40,608 nt of DNA, from positions 1-40,608 of the IMG/VR virus record IMGVR_UViG_3300049016_000016. One strand, 5' to 3'. The DNA is from a virus (lineage: Duplodnaviria; Caudoviricetes). A model generated the notes under the pieces. That model searched no databases, was not told where the DNA came from, and worked only from the letters and a program-made list of their open reading frames with translations. A program made the position numbers and the translations under genes. Position 1 is the first letter of the stretch. Each line of letters begins with the position of its first letter. Shown piece after piece: positions 7,877 through 17,607 of this stretch.

Positions 7877-9637
7877 CAGAGGGGCGCTCCCAAGCAGGCC
7901 GCCCTGAATCACTGGCGAGGTGTTCTCCAGCAACCCGGCCGCTCGTACCGCCAGCGGCGAAGGTTGCGCCCTCTGGATGAGCATTGACGCATAGGCCGGG
8001 TCAACCATGGCGCGCATCAGCGTATCGTTTAGGCGCTCCTCAGACGAGCGCAGCAGCCATGAAGTCGGGCGCGACAGGAAGTTTTCCGCCAGCGCACTCT
8101 GTGCCCAGGACTGAGGGGCACCCAGCGGGCCAGCGATGCGGCCAACGATGTCGTCCCCGATCAAGTTGCGGGCCGTTTGCGAGCCGTTGACACGGTTCTT
8201 TGTGGCCGCTGCCTGTCGCTCCACTCCTGTCCTGATGTCGTCCAGCATGGCGTTTTGCTGGGGCGACATGATGTCCTCGATGGTCCGCTCGCTCCTACGG
8301 CCGAGGGCATCGCTAACCACCTTGGGGGATCGCCGGTCCAGCGTCGTCGCAAACTTGTTGGCGTACAAAGCCGGCTGCCCATCAAAGTCTTTCAGCGCGC
8401 TGGTCGTTTGCTCTTTCAGTTCGCGCGCGACTTCCATCCGGTTGGGTTCGCGGGAAAGCCGGGCATAGATCCGGTCAGCCCGCTTGATGTCGGGCACGAC
8501 CTCCCGAAGGACAGAATCCAAATCCCTGGACATCTGCTCGTGAATGCGCCGATTGTTGGACCCCGGAGGAAAGCCAAGAGCCAAGTCGTCCAGTTCTTGC
8601 TTCAGATACTGCAACCCAGTAGGCGAGCCAAACTCAGTGATAGCCAAACCCTCATTGCGGGCCTTTTCCTGGGCTGCATCCATCGCCTTCTTGACGGCCG
8701 GTCGCTCCAGCAGATTCTCGATCTGGGGCCGGAGCGCATCCGCCATTGGTTGATTGACGCCCGCATTCCTCGCCCGTTCATAGGCCGAGTTGCCAATGGC
8801 GCCACGACGGGTCAGCGCCCTCGTCAACGCCGCATCGGTGCCGCCCATGTCCGTGAGCGCGTTCACGCGGGCGGCGTTGTTCTCAGCGAAGCGTCCAGCG
8901 ATCAGTTGGCGAGGGTTGCGGCTTTGCAGGATGTTTTGCAGGTTGGCAACGCCCAAGTCTCCCGTCTCCTCCGCCAGTGTGGGAAATGTCCCAGACATGG
9001 TGCGCCCGCCCTGTGCAGCCGCCACCCGGCGAGGGTCCGTGGCAAAGCGATCCAGCACGCGGCCTGCGATTCCTTCGCTTCCGCGTTGCGTCATCGGGGC
9101 AGTAACAGCGGCTCCCGTCTTCCCGAGCGCCACCACAGCCGGAAGCGCTGCATTGAAGGCGCCGGAAGTAACTGCGTTGCGCGTGCGCTCCGCCCCGTTC
9201 TCGGCCGGCTGCAAGGCCCCAAGACCAGTGCCATAGGCCAGAGAACCAAGGACTGTTTGACCGCCCGGAAGCATGGCCGTAGCCGCAGCAGGAGCGGCCC
9301 CACCCAGCACGGCTCCGACTTTGCCCCCGAGCGTATCGGTCAGGCCGCTCATGGCGTCCTTCCAGTCCTGCACCTCGCCGGGCTTGTTGGTGCCAAAGAT
9401 GCCCTTGACTCCCAGCCGCAGGGCCTCGGGCAACGCGCCGCCAAAGGCCGCTGCTGCGTTGCTCAGCCCGTCATCTTCCAGAGCTTGCCGCTTGTACTTC
9501 TCGTCGCCCGCCTGCGCCTTCACGTTGGTCATGAAGTTCGCTTTGGCGTAGCCGATGATTTCCGCCTGGGTCGCCCCTTCCGGGTGTTGGACGGGGATGA
9601 CTTCCCCGCTAGGAGAGCGGACGTTGGTGATCGGCAT
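7859..9637 (-). CDS. Internal virion / DNA ejection protein
   Basis: Large Ala/Gly-rich helical protein; last of three genes after the tail genes (podovirus layout). Confidence 0.65.
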   Translation of the reverse strand: MPITNVRSPSGEVIPVQHPEGATQAEIIGYAKANFMTNVKAQAGDEKYKRQALEDDGLSNAAAAFGGALPEALRLGVKGIFGTNKPGEVQDWKDAMSGLTDTLGGKVGAVLGGAAPAAATAMLPGGQTVLGSLAYGTGLGALQPAENGAERTRNAVTSGAFNAALPAVVALGKTGAAVTAPMTQRGSEGIAGRVLDRFATDPRRVAAAQGGRTMSGTFPTLAEETGDLGVANLQNILQSRNPRQLIAGRFAENNAARVNALTDMGGTDAALTRALTRRGAIGNSAYERARNAGVNQPMADALRPQIENLLERPAVKKAMDAAQEKARNEGLAITEFGSPTGLQYLKQELDDLALGFPPGSNNRRIHEQMSRDLDSVLREVVPDIKRADRIYARLSREPNRMEVARELKEQTTSALKDFDGQPALYANKFATTLDRRSPKVVSDALGRRSERTIEDIMSPQQNAMLDDIRTGVERQAAATKNRVNGSQTARNLIGDDIVGRIAGPLGAPQSWAQSALAENFLSRPTSWLLRSSEERLNDTLMRAMVDPAYASMLIQRAQPSPLAVRAAGLLENTSPVIQGGLLGSAPLLLNAR

Positions 9638-10666
9638 TTACCGGCTCCCAGGCGGGACAATCGCCCACCCATCGCCCTTGCTCGCCTCTGTGCTGAAGAC
9701 GTTTTCGGGGGTTAGGTTGTACATCTTGGCCCGGCTCCCGTAGGTTTTTTGTTGGCGTCCGATGCGCTGCTCCGCAACCCGAGCCATAGCGGCGGTGACA
9801 TCCGCCATCTGCTTGCGCTGCCCAGGCGACAACTGCTCGCCAGTCAGAGCCTTATTGGCGAGGTTTTGCAGGTACTCCAGACCGCCCGCCGTCTTGACGA
9901 TGGCCGCATAGTCGGCCTCGCGCACCGCGCCCTGAGGGTCTAGCGCCTTGGCAAACTTGTAGATTGCCGCCTGATCCTTCAAGGAGCCCGGTTGCGCCAG
10001 AATGTTCTTGATGTCCGCTGCGGTGGTCATGATGGCCTGGTCATCGCCAGTGGCCTTAACGTAGTCGTTTCGCAGCTTGTCTTCCATCTCGAAACGTTCC
10101 TTGGGCTTGAGGCCAAGGTTGTCCGTGTTGACGCTCAGATTCGTCGCCCCAGCCCGCTTGCGTGCCGTGTCCCACTGATCAAAACTGCCTTTGTAGCCCT
10201 GGCCGACTGCGAATTGGTACTCGCGGACAGCGGATGGGAGTTCCGTCTCCTTCGGCGCTGTGAACAGCGGCTTGTACGTGCCACGCTCCACCAGAGAAGA
10301 GCCAGGGGCGACCGTCAAGGGGGAGTTGTCCTTCTGCAGTGACGCGAGAACGTCCGTCATCGGAATGGCTCCAGACCTCGCCCCTTGGAACATAGCCTGC
10401 TGAACAGGGGTCATGGCTCCAAAGGCAGAGGGATCAATGCTGCTGCGCCAAGTGCGCGCGGCCTCCGCGTCCTGCATGCGCTGCTTCGCCTCTTGCATCT
10501 GCATGTCCTGCAACAGGCCCTGCCGTTGCCGCTGCGGCGCCTCGGAGAGGTACTGCATCGCCATGGGAGCACCCTTTGCAAAGCCGCCGTTCATCATGCC
10601 AGCGCCCAGGAGCCCGAGAGCTTGGGTTTTGTCAGCGTTGCCGAAAAAGGTATCGAGAAGTCCCAT
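9638..10666 (-). CDS. Internal virion / DNA ejection protein
   Basis: MGLLD start, Gln/Ala-rich, LPSAVREYQFAV motif; position. Confidence 0.65.
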   Translation of the reverse strand: MGLLDTFFGNADKTQALGLLGAGMMNGGFAKGAPMAMQYLSEAPQRQRQGLLQDMQMQEAKQRMQDAEAARTWRSSIDPSAFGAMTPVQQAMFQGARSGAIPMTDVLASLQKDNSPLTVAPGSSLVERGTYKPLFTAPKETELPSAVREYQFAVGQGYKGSFDQWDTARKRAGATNLSVNTDNLGLKPKERFEMEDKLRNDYVKATGDDQAIMTTAADIKNILAQPGSLKDQAAIYKFAKALDPQGAVREADYAAIVKTAGGLEYLQNLANKALTGEQLSPGQRKQMADVTAAMARVAEQRIGRQQKTYGSRAKMYNLTPENVFSTEASKGDGWAIVPPGSR

Positions 10667-10668
10667 AT

Positions 10669-12258
10669 TTACCACCATCCCATCTGCCGGCCGAGAGAGG
10701 CGCCGGATAATGCGCCGCCCACGGCTCCTTGCCACCCGCCGCCACTAGATTGCGTCTGTGTCGTAGTCCCCATGCCGCTGAACGGGCTGTAAGTCTGAGT
10801 CGCACTCTGGATTGGCGACCATTGGGTATTTAGCCCTTGAGACATCAAGCCCGATCCGAGTGTCCAGTCCTGGCGCAGACGGTTCTGATCTTGGTTGTAC
10901 AAGCCGCCCATGAAGTTCGCAGCTTGGCCGGTGAAGTTGTCCGCACCTTGCGAGATGGCGTTTGCCTGCGCGATGCCTTGACGACTTCCACCAAGACCGC
11001 CATACCCCACAGCGTTCCCTTGGATGCCCAGCAGGCTCTTGTCGATCAAGCTCTGTTGACGGCGCTGGAGGTCGTCCAGAATGCCGGTTGCATAGGGATT
11101 GGTCGCCGTCGTCGGGGCCGTCTGTCCCAGCAGTCCAGATCCAACCGACATCATCTGCTGGCCCGCTTGCAGTGCCCCCGGCATCTGGTAGTTCAGCAGA
11201 CCTTGCGTGCGGGGGATGAGGTCGTTAGCAACTGGGCCTTGCAGGTAGGACGGGAGTTGCCGAGTGGAGGACGTATCCGCGCTTTGCCCCTGGGCGCCTC
11301 CAAGAGCGCCAAGAGCCGTAGAGGCGAGCCCAAGCCAATTCATATCACCAGAACCTCCCGAACCTCCATTGAGCGCAGAGGACGCGCCAGACCTGATCGA
11401 GTCCCAGAAGCTCGACCCACCGGGGGCCGCGCCAGCAGTTCCCAGAGCCGCGCCTCCGTTGGCCGAAGCACCCCCGCCGAGACTTCCAGCACTCGCCGCA
11501 TCAACACCGCCGTACATTGCGCCGGCATCGCCAAAGCCCGTAACACCGGCACCAAGACCGGCAGCACCACCGGCACCGAGAGCCGCACCACCGCCAATCG
11601 ACGCGCCGCCGCCCAGAGAGCCGGCCGCAGCAGCATCGGCACCCGCGTACATCATCCCGGCATCGCCTAGGCCGACGACGCCAGCTCCAGACCCCGCTCC
11701 CGCAGCACCGCCGGCACCAGCCGCACCAGCACCCCCAGCAGCGCCGGCCAACGCCCCACCGATCCCTGCAGCCAGAAACGGAGCCCACGCCCCAGCCCTC
11801 CAGTGCCCACCCCAAGGAGTGCCGGTGTAGCTGTCTACGTATTTCCCGGTGTTATCGAAGACGTTGACATTGCCAGTTTCCGCGCCGCCCTGGATTTGGC
11901 TGGTTGGGTTGTAGACATCGATCCGGCCGTCATTTCGACGCACGGCCTCAAAGAACTCATGCCCATCCCCGGAGAGATAGGACGGCACGCCACCACCACT
12001 AAGGCCGCTGAGCATGGCGTTGCCTGACCAGAGATCAGTCCCCGGCGCCCAGGTAACGCGTTGCCCGGGTTCGGCCCCCTCCCCATACAGCTGGCTCATC
12101 ACGTCATATCCCAGCTGCTGAATCGGCTGGTACATGTTTTGCGCGGCCCAATTCGTCGTGGGCGTTGAGGCTTGCAGGGCCGCGAGGGCATCGGCGGGCG
12201 CGTCGTCAACCCAATACCGTTCCTCGTTGTCCCCGTTAAGCCGAGTGAGCCAAACCAT
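10669..12258 (-). CDS. Gly-rich DNA ejection/pilot protein
   Basis: Gly/Ala-rich, GGLGGSRQGIAQ motif, C-terminal GAVGGALSGA typical of podovirus ejection proteins. Confidence 0.65.
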   Translation of the reverse strand: MVWLTRLNGDNEERYWVDDAPADALAALQASTPTTNWAAQNMYQPIQQLGYDVMSQLYGEGAEPGQRVTWAPGTDLWSGNAMLSGLSGGGVPSYLSGDGHEFFEAVRRNDGRIDVYNPTSQIQGGAETGNVNVFDNTGKYVDSYTGTPWGGHWRAGAWAPFLAAGIGGALAGAAGGAGAAGAGGAAGAGSGAGVVGLGDAGMMYAGADAAAAGSLGGGASIGGGAALGAGGAAGLGAGVTGFGDAGAMYGGVDAASAGSLGGGASANGGAALGTAGAAPGGSSFWDSIRSGASSALNGGSGGSGDMNWLGLASTALGALGGAQGQSADTSSTRQLPSYLQGPVANDLIPRTQGLLNYQMPGALQAGQQMMSVGSGLLGQTAPTTATNPYATGILDDLQRRQQSLIDKSLLGIQGNAVGYGGLGGSRQGIAQANAISQGADNFTGQAANFMGGLYNQDQNRLRQDWTLGSGLMSQGLNTQWSPIQSATQTYSPFSGMGTTTQTQSSGGGWQGAVGGALSGASLGRQMGWW

Positions 12259-12287
12259 ATCTTCCCCCTAGGACTTTGCGCCCTTGA

Positions 12288-12530
12288 TCAACCGATGAAT
12301 ACCCAGGCTGCATTGGCCTTATCGCGGCGGTACAGACCCTCACCAGAGCCCGGATTCCAGTCAGCCCCATCTGCGTTAACGACCATCCCCGCGAACTTCC
12401 TCGCAGGTTCTGCATGGCGAACAGCAAAGGTGAACTCGGGCTGCGCGTCGTTCAGGGCTCGCTGCAACTGGGCTAGCTCCTCCCGAACTTGGGTGTCATC
12501 AACGAAACCCGGCTTGTACGTGTGGCTCAA
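12288..12530 (-). CDS. Small tail-associated virion protein
   Basis: ADGADWNPGSGEGLY motif; TTG start overlapping the upstream stop. Confidence 0.6.
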   Translation of the reverse strand: MSHTYKPGFVDDTQVREELAQLQRALNDAQPEFTFAVRHAEPARKFAGMVVNADGADWNPGSGEGLYRRDKANAAWVFIG

Positions 12531-14062
12531 AACCGCGCTCCAGATTGAGGGACTTCCAGCTGATACGAGCGCATAGACACAGGCTGGTCATCCGCTCCCT
12601 CGTACCTCACTGCGGCATACCTTCCCGCCGTGGTGAACTGGTTGACGTAGTTCGTCGTGCCCTGCGTGTAGGTGGAGGACGTGGAGAACGTCGGAACGTC
12701 ATCCGGGTTCTGCGTCGTCGCCAGCTTCACCGTCACCAGCGTTCCGGCGGTTGCGTCCAACCGTGGGCGGACTCGGGAGATGGAACGCATGGAATCCCCG
12801 TTCTCACTCAGCGGGATGCCAGTCTTCTCCAGATACCAACTCACGCGAGTTCCGAAGTCGAGAGAGCCGTTATTCGCCAACCCAATCGTCGGCGTGGAGG
12901 TCGAGACGATCAGACGGGCCTCATTGCTCGATGCGTCGTTCTGGCTCCATACCGTTGGGGTCTGCTCCCACGTTTGGCTTTGGCCCGACCAGATGTTTGC
13001 GCCCACGGCAGACGAGACAAGTCCGGCAGCGCCGTAGGTCAGGTTCGGCTGCGTGAACTTGCCCCAACTTTGGTCAATCCAGTTCCACGCAAGGACGGTG
13101 TTGCAGTCACTCTGCCCTGTGGCAGGGAAGCACACCCAGACCTCTGATTCTTGCGGGTTGAGGCAGACAAACGAGCGGATGGCATTGGTCGTGTCCATGC
13201 TCGACGCGAGCCAGTCACGCACCCACCCATCAGCGATGGACTTCGCCTCGCCCCCTGCATGAAGACGAACATCACCGTTGGTGAGGAACACATGCCCAAC
13301 AGGGGTGTTCACCACGCAGCCGCGGGTCAGCAAACCGTCCTTGCCGGGAAGCTGTTGGAAGCTGAAAACGCCATCTCCACCGATGTAGCGGACTGCGTAC
13401 CGCCCCTCTTGGCCGTAGACGATCAGCGCATCACCAAGAGGGAGTGCATCCACCAGATGACCAACACCGACTAGATCCTGCTCGCCTGCATCGTTGGTCG
13501 CCGCAGCGGTCCAGGCAGTGGGAAGCGCCCCAGGTTCTGCCGCGTTGCTCCACATCACCCGATAGGGGTACTTCGTCCCCGACTTGGTAGGAGCGAGAGC
13601 AAACAGGTAGTTCTTGAACGCCCGCATGGCGTCCGCTTTGGTGCCGGCAGTCCAGCCGGAGATCGTCGCCAGGTTCGTCGCAACGTTCCCGTTCCAGTAC
13701 ATCGGGTCGTCTACACCGTTGCTACAGACGAATACCCCGTTGAAGTCGAAGCCTGTCCACCTGTCATCCCTGGAGCCCGTGGGCGGCGTTCCGGTGATGT
13801 CGGTGCGGGTTGACCCGTCATCAGCAAAAGCCGTAGCCGTACCAAGCTGGATCAGGAAACGAGCAGACGAGGTGCTGAAAGTCCCGATCCAGTACGGGGT
13901 CGCAGTCGGAGTCGTGTAGGCCGAGGTCGTCCCCTTGCGCTTCTCAGCGAACCCGTTTCTGAACCGGATATTGCTGCCGTCGCTCCAGATTCCTGGCGCA
14001 AGTTCGCTCGGCAAGAGGTCTAGGTTTACTCCCTTGCCGCACTCCTGAACGGGAAGAAGCAT
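12527..14062 (-). CDS. Tail tubular/nozzle protein (P22 gp10-like role)
   Basis: 511 aa, beta-propeller-like composition; position after adaptor and fibre genes. Confidence 0.7.
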   Translation of the reverse strand: MLLPVQECGKGVNLDLLPSELAPGIWSDGSNIRFRNGFAEKRKGTTSAYTTPTATPYWIGTFSTSSARFLIQLGTATAFADDGSTRTDITGTPPTGSRDDRWTGFDFNGVFVCSNGVDDPMYWNGNVATNLATISGWTAGTKADAMRAFKNYLFALAPTKSGTKYPYRVMWSNAAEPGALPTAWTAAATNDAGEQDLVGVGHLVDALPLGDALIVYGQEGRYAVRYIGGDGVFSFQQLPGKDGLLTRGCVVNTPVGHVFLTNGDVRLHAGGEAKSIADGWVRDWLASSMDTTNAIRSFVCLNPQESEVWVCFPATGQSDCNTVLAWNWIDQSWGKFTQPNLTYGAAGLVSSAVGANIWSGQSQTWEQTPTVWSQNDASSNEARLIVSTSTPTIGLANNGSLDFGTRVSWYLEKTGIPLSENGDSMRSISRVRPRLDATAGTLVTVKLATTQNPDDVPTFSTSSTYTQGTTNYVNQFTTAGRYAAVRYEGADDQPVSMRSYQLEVPQSGARF

Positions 14063-14063
14063 C

Positions 14064-14525
14064 TCAGTACCCGAGAGCAATCCACTTGCCGGTAACCGAC
14101 ACAGCCGCACCACTGGTACTACAGGCGTACAGGTTGAATCCCGTGGTCGTTCCAGCATCCGTACCAACGAAATACGGAAGGTCGATTGAACTCGTTTGCA
14201 GGGAGACTACGACTTTGAGCGTTCCGGTTGGGAACGCCACGGGGTAGGTAACCGCCACCGTTCCAGACCCCGCCGTCGTTGAGCTTCCCCATTGGATGAT
14301 CAGCCCGCTTGGGAGCTTCTGATACCCGCTGGCCGCTAGAGATTTGCTGTCCAGAAGGTTCAGCTGCGTATGCGTCAGGTTCACCGCTCCCGAAACGTTC
14401 GGGAAGGTCGCCTTCACCGTGGACTTAACCAAGCGAAGATGGTCGTCGCCTTGGGATACCGGGTCGCCGGCCACCGGGTTGGTGGAAACCAAGTCGGAGA
14501 TGTACGTTCCCGTTTCGAGTCCCAT
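14064..14525 (-). CDS. Short tail-fibre protein (gp53-like C-terminal domain)
   Basis: GDDHLRLVKS N-terminal anchor; GYQKLPSGLIIQWG...WIALGY motif. Confidence 0.75.
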   Translation of the reverse strand: MGLETGTYISDLVSTNPVAGDPVSQGDDHLRLVKSTVKATFPNVSGAVNLTHTQLNLLDSKSLAASGYQKLPSGLIIQWGSSTTAGSGTVAVTYPVAFPTGTLKVVVSLQTSSIDLPYFVGTDAGTTTGFNLYACSTSGAAVSVTGKWIALGY

Positions 14526-14533
14526 GGCTTACC

Positions 14534-15172
14534 TTAGAAAGACGTTGGGCGGATGCGCCCGCTGGAAATGAGCTTGTCCGCCCGCCGCTTGAGGGCGGTC
14601 AGTTCTTCTTGCTCTGCGACACCCATGGCTTGCGATAGAACTTGGTCCATCGTGTAGTGCATGGCGAGAGACCGCTTTGCGCGGCTGCGGATCAACGCTT
14701 CGCCGTCGTTGGTCCAGAAATTGGAATCGCTGCTAGACGAAAGCGCGGTCAGGATGGTCTGATAGGAAAGCGTGACCGTCCGCGCAGCGTTCGGAGTGGG
14801 GTACAGGCGCAACTGTCCCGAGTACCACGCCCAGACGGTCGGATCGCCAAGGGTCAGCGTGGCTCCTGCGTCAATCGACTCCAGATGGTCGTAAGCAACG
14901 CGCTCAAGCTGGTAGTCCCGGCCGGAGACGGTCAGGACAACGGAGTCAATCTCCGCGATGTCGGTCGGCAGAGTCCCCGGAGAAGCGGTATCGGTCGCGT
15001 AGAACCGCGTGCCGGAGATGGTCGTGATCGTGCCGCGCTTCTCGTTGCCGGAAAATCTCTGCCCTGCGTAGAAAGCCACAGCCGACAGGATGGCGTTCTG
15101 AATCTGGCTGGTCAGGTCGTCGCGGTGGATTTCATCCGCGATCCGCGTTTGCATGTCACCGTAGGTCGCCAT
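14534..15172 (-). CDS. Head-tail adaptor protein
   Basis: TYGDMQTRIADEIHRDDLT and LRLYPTP motifs; position. Confidence 0.7.
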   Translation of the reverse strand: MATYGDMQTRIADEIHRDDLTSQIQNAILSAVAFYAGQRFSGNEKRGTITTISGTRFYATDTASPGTLPTDIAEIDSVVLTVSGRDYQLERVAYDHLESIDAGATLTLGDPTVWAWYSGQLRLYPTPNAARTVTLSYQTILTALSSSSDSNFWTNDGEALIRSRAKRSLAMHYTMDQVLSQAMGVAEQEELTALKRRADKLISSGRIRPTSF

Positions 15173-15320
15173 TTTTCCTGGGCCTTCCTGGCTTGCGTTT
15201 CGGAGGAGTCACCTCCGCAGGCTGGGAGGTTTCGGGCTCTGAAATGACAACGGGCCGGGAAGATTTCTCTTCCTCGGCCCGCTGCTTCCAGACAGCCCTG
15301 CGTCGGCAGGGCTCGTTCAT
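15156..15320 (-). CDS. Small basic protein with AT-hook-like KPGRPRK, 54 aa
   Basis: Manual translation; start overlaps the upstream stop. Confidence 0.45.
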   Translation of the reverse strand: MNEPCRRRAVWKQRAEEEKSSRPVVISEPETSQPAEVTPPKRKPGRPRKNGDLR

Positions 15321-15913
15321 CACGCCACGGAGTCGGAGAACATCGTTGCTTCGGAGCCGGACTGCGTGACCATGCCACGGACAAACCAGCCAGTTGCAGA
15401 CAAATCTTCCAGTTCGATCCAGTCACCGATGGCGACACCACCAGTCGTGGTGCCGTTCAGGGTGATCGTGTCGTCCGTCGCGCCCGACAGCCATGTCCGA
15501 GCCGCGTCGGTCGCGCTGTCCGAGGTGGAGGCGCCAATGATGATCCCCTCCATCAAATCAGTACCAACAACCGACTTGATCACGTAGTTGGACGTGTTCA
15601 CCTCACCAACCACGAAGCGATAGCGGCCCCCGCTACCAGTCGCAGCCGGCATGGTGAAGGTGCGCGCGCTGCCGGCACCAGTCATGAGAATGGTTTTCCC
15701 TTCGTGCGCCGCCTCGGTGATCGACGTGCTCACCGCAAGACCCACAACCCGGGTCGATAAGTCAGCCGCTCGGTTGATCTCCGCAGCCGTCGCAAGAACA
15801 CCCGTCAGGATGTTCAGTTCCGCAGCCGAAGAGGTCACCGCAGTTCCGCCGACATTCAGCGATTCCGCATAGACAACCTGGTTCTGATGCAGGGTATGGT
15901 TTCCCGTGGACAT
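15320..15913 (-). CDS. Virion structural protein (head fibre/decoration-like)
   Basis: Thr/Gly-rich beta protein in the head cluster; AAGGAG RBS. Confidence 0.6.
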   Translation of the reverse strand: MSTGNHTLHQNQVVYAESLNVGGTAVTSSAAELNILTGVLATAAEINRAADLSTRVVGLAVSTSITEAAHEGKTILMTGAGSARTFTMPAATGSGGRYRFVVGEVNTSNYVIKSVVGTDLMEGIIIGASTSDSATDAARTWLSGATDDTITLNGTTTGGVAIGDWIELEDLSATGWFVRGMVTQSGSEATMFSDSVA

Positions 15914-15957
15914 AGCTCTCCTTTATGGAGAGAGAGGGCCGAAGCCCCCTCTCATGG

Positions 15958-16368
15958 TCAGGTCGCGTTCGCCGGGATGTAGGCAATGATGATCGACGCC
16001 GCGCCAGTGGTGGCAGCGGTTCCGGTCACATCGACATACGCCGAGATGGTCGTATCAGCCGCCACCTTCAGCGTGGCCGCGACTTCATCCAGTTCGATGA
16101 ACCCGATGCCCAGCAGCGTCAGCAGCGTGGCATAGTTGTTCGTGCCCGAGTCCGTCGAAGCGCCGATGTCCAGGCGGTTGTTGGTCCCCGCGTTGAACAC
16201 CGTATCCACGTACACCCCGGAGATGGCCTCCAGGATGATCGACCCCGAAGGGATGGTGCCGACGACGACCGTGGTCGCCGCATCCGCGAAGGTGATGTCT
16301 TTGCGCAGGTAGTGAATCTGCGCCGTGTGGTATTGGCGGGCGGCGGTGCCAGCGGTTCCGGTTGCCAT
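15958..16368 (-). CDS. Capsid decoration/cement protein
   Basis: Directly after the capsid gene; small Thr/Ala-rich beta-sandwich pattern. Confidence 0.65.
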   Translation of the reverse strand: MATGTAGTAARQYHTAQIHYLRKDITFADAATTVVVGTIPSGSIILEAISGVYVDTVFNAGTNNRLDIGASTDSGTNNYATLLTLLGIGFIELDEVAATLKVAADTTISAYVDVTGTAATTGAASIIIAYIPANAT

Positions 16369-16390
16369 GGTGTTTTCTCCTTATGGCGGG

Positions 16391-17449
16391 TTAGTGGGCG
16401 GCGGCGTAGCTCGAAACCGTGAAGGTGCCGAAGTCTTCGCTGTTGAAACGGGTCTTCTTCAGGCCCGCGATCATCCCGGCCGACACGCCGAGTTGGTTGC
16501 CGTAGTCGAACAGTTCCTCGACCCACGACATCTCGCCGCCTTGGTCCTTCTGGCCGTACGCCATCAGGGCAGCTTGAGCACCGCAGAAGATCGCCCGGCG
16601 AACCGTGGTCACAGCCGCACCCGTGGAGCTGTTCACGCCTTGCGGGACGCGAGAAGCCTGGTGCAGGATGACGTTGTTGTACTCACCCAGAGCGCCCGTG
16701 TAGATCGGGTTCTTGGAGTCAGCACCACCGGACAGCGCGGCCTTCTGGATGTCCAGCCACTGACCCGTGGAGGTCGAAGTGCGGATGTCATACACCTGGT
16801 AGGGGTGCAGGAACATCACGAACTTCTTTTCGCCACCGATCAGGATCGGACGGATGGTCGGGCTCACGGTTTCCGCGCGCTCGACACACTTATCGATCAT
16901 GGTCAGGGTCATCACGTTGCCAGCGCTGTTGGACTCATCGGCCGAGCCGGTGACAAACAGCTTGCGGTTCGTGGACGGAGCAACAGCGGCCTGGTTGCCC
17001 GTGTAGCGGGTGTCAGAGACGGCGGTGTTGCCGGCAAGTTGGTTGAAAAACCAAGTGTCCAGACGGCCAGCCCACCAGTCTTCCAGACCGGACTTGGCTT
17101 CGTCACGCACAGCGAACGGAACGCGCTGCTCGCTCATCTTGCCGGCCGAGCGAACGGCATGGCGAAGCTGGTCGATCACAACGTTGTCGCTGTACGTGGT
17201 CAGGGCCTCTTCGTTGCCCTCCAGGGTGCCGTCGCCTTGCACACCATCGCCGGACAACTGCATGCGCAGGCCGACAGTGATGCGGTCGCCAGGTCCTTTG
17301 GACGTGTCGTCCTTGATCTGGATCAGGCTGTTGGAGCCCTTGCCGAGGAACTTGTCGAAGTAGGTCTTCTTCAGCGCGTCCTGAAAGAGCTTCTTGCTCC
17401 AGAGTTTGACCGCCAGTGCGTCGTTGACGCCGTAGCTCGTGGTTGCCAT
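16391..17449 (-). CDS. Major capsid protein (N4-gp56/DUF4043-like)
   Basis: AVKLWSKKLF, GDGTLEGNEEAL, IDQLRHAV, FCGAQA, DYGNQLGV motifs. Confidence 0.9.
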   Translation of the reverse strand: MATTSYGVNDALAVKLWSKKLFQDALKKTYFDKFLGKGSNSLIQIKDDTSKGPGDRITVGLRMQLSGDGVQGDGTLEGNEEALTTYSDNVVIDQLRHAVRSAGKMSEQRVPFAVRDEAKSGLEDWWAGRLDTWFFNQLAGNTAVSDTRYTGNQAAVAPSTNRKLFVTGSADESNSAGNVMTLTMIDKCVERAETVSPTIRPILIGGEKKFVMFLHPYQVYDIRTSTSTGQWLDIQKAALSGGADSKNPIYTGALGEYNNVILHQASRVPQGVNSSTGAAVTTVRRAIFCGAQAALMAYGQKDQGGEMSWVEELFDYGNQLGVSAGMIAGLKKTRFNSEDFGTFTVSSYAAAH

Positions 17450-17607
17450 GTGAATTACCTCAGAAATGAAATGGAAAGAAATGACTTGCGCGTGCGCAGC
17501 GCTTGCGTTTCGTTTCCGCTGTTTTTCGTGAGGCGGTCACTGGCGGCCACTCCGGGGGCCGAGGTCCGAAAAGACGGTGTTAGCAGGCCGTCACTGCGTT
17601 CTGGCTT

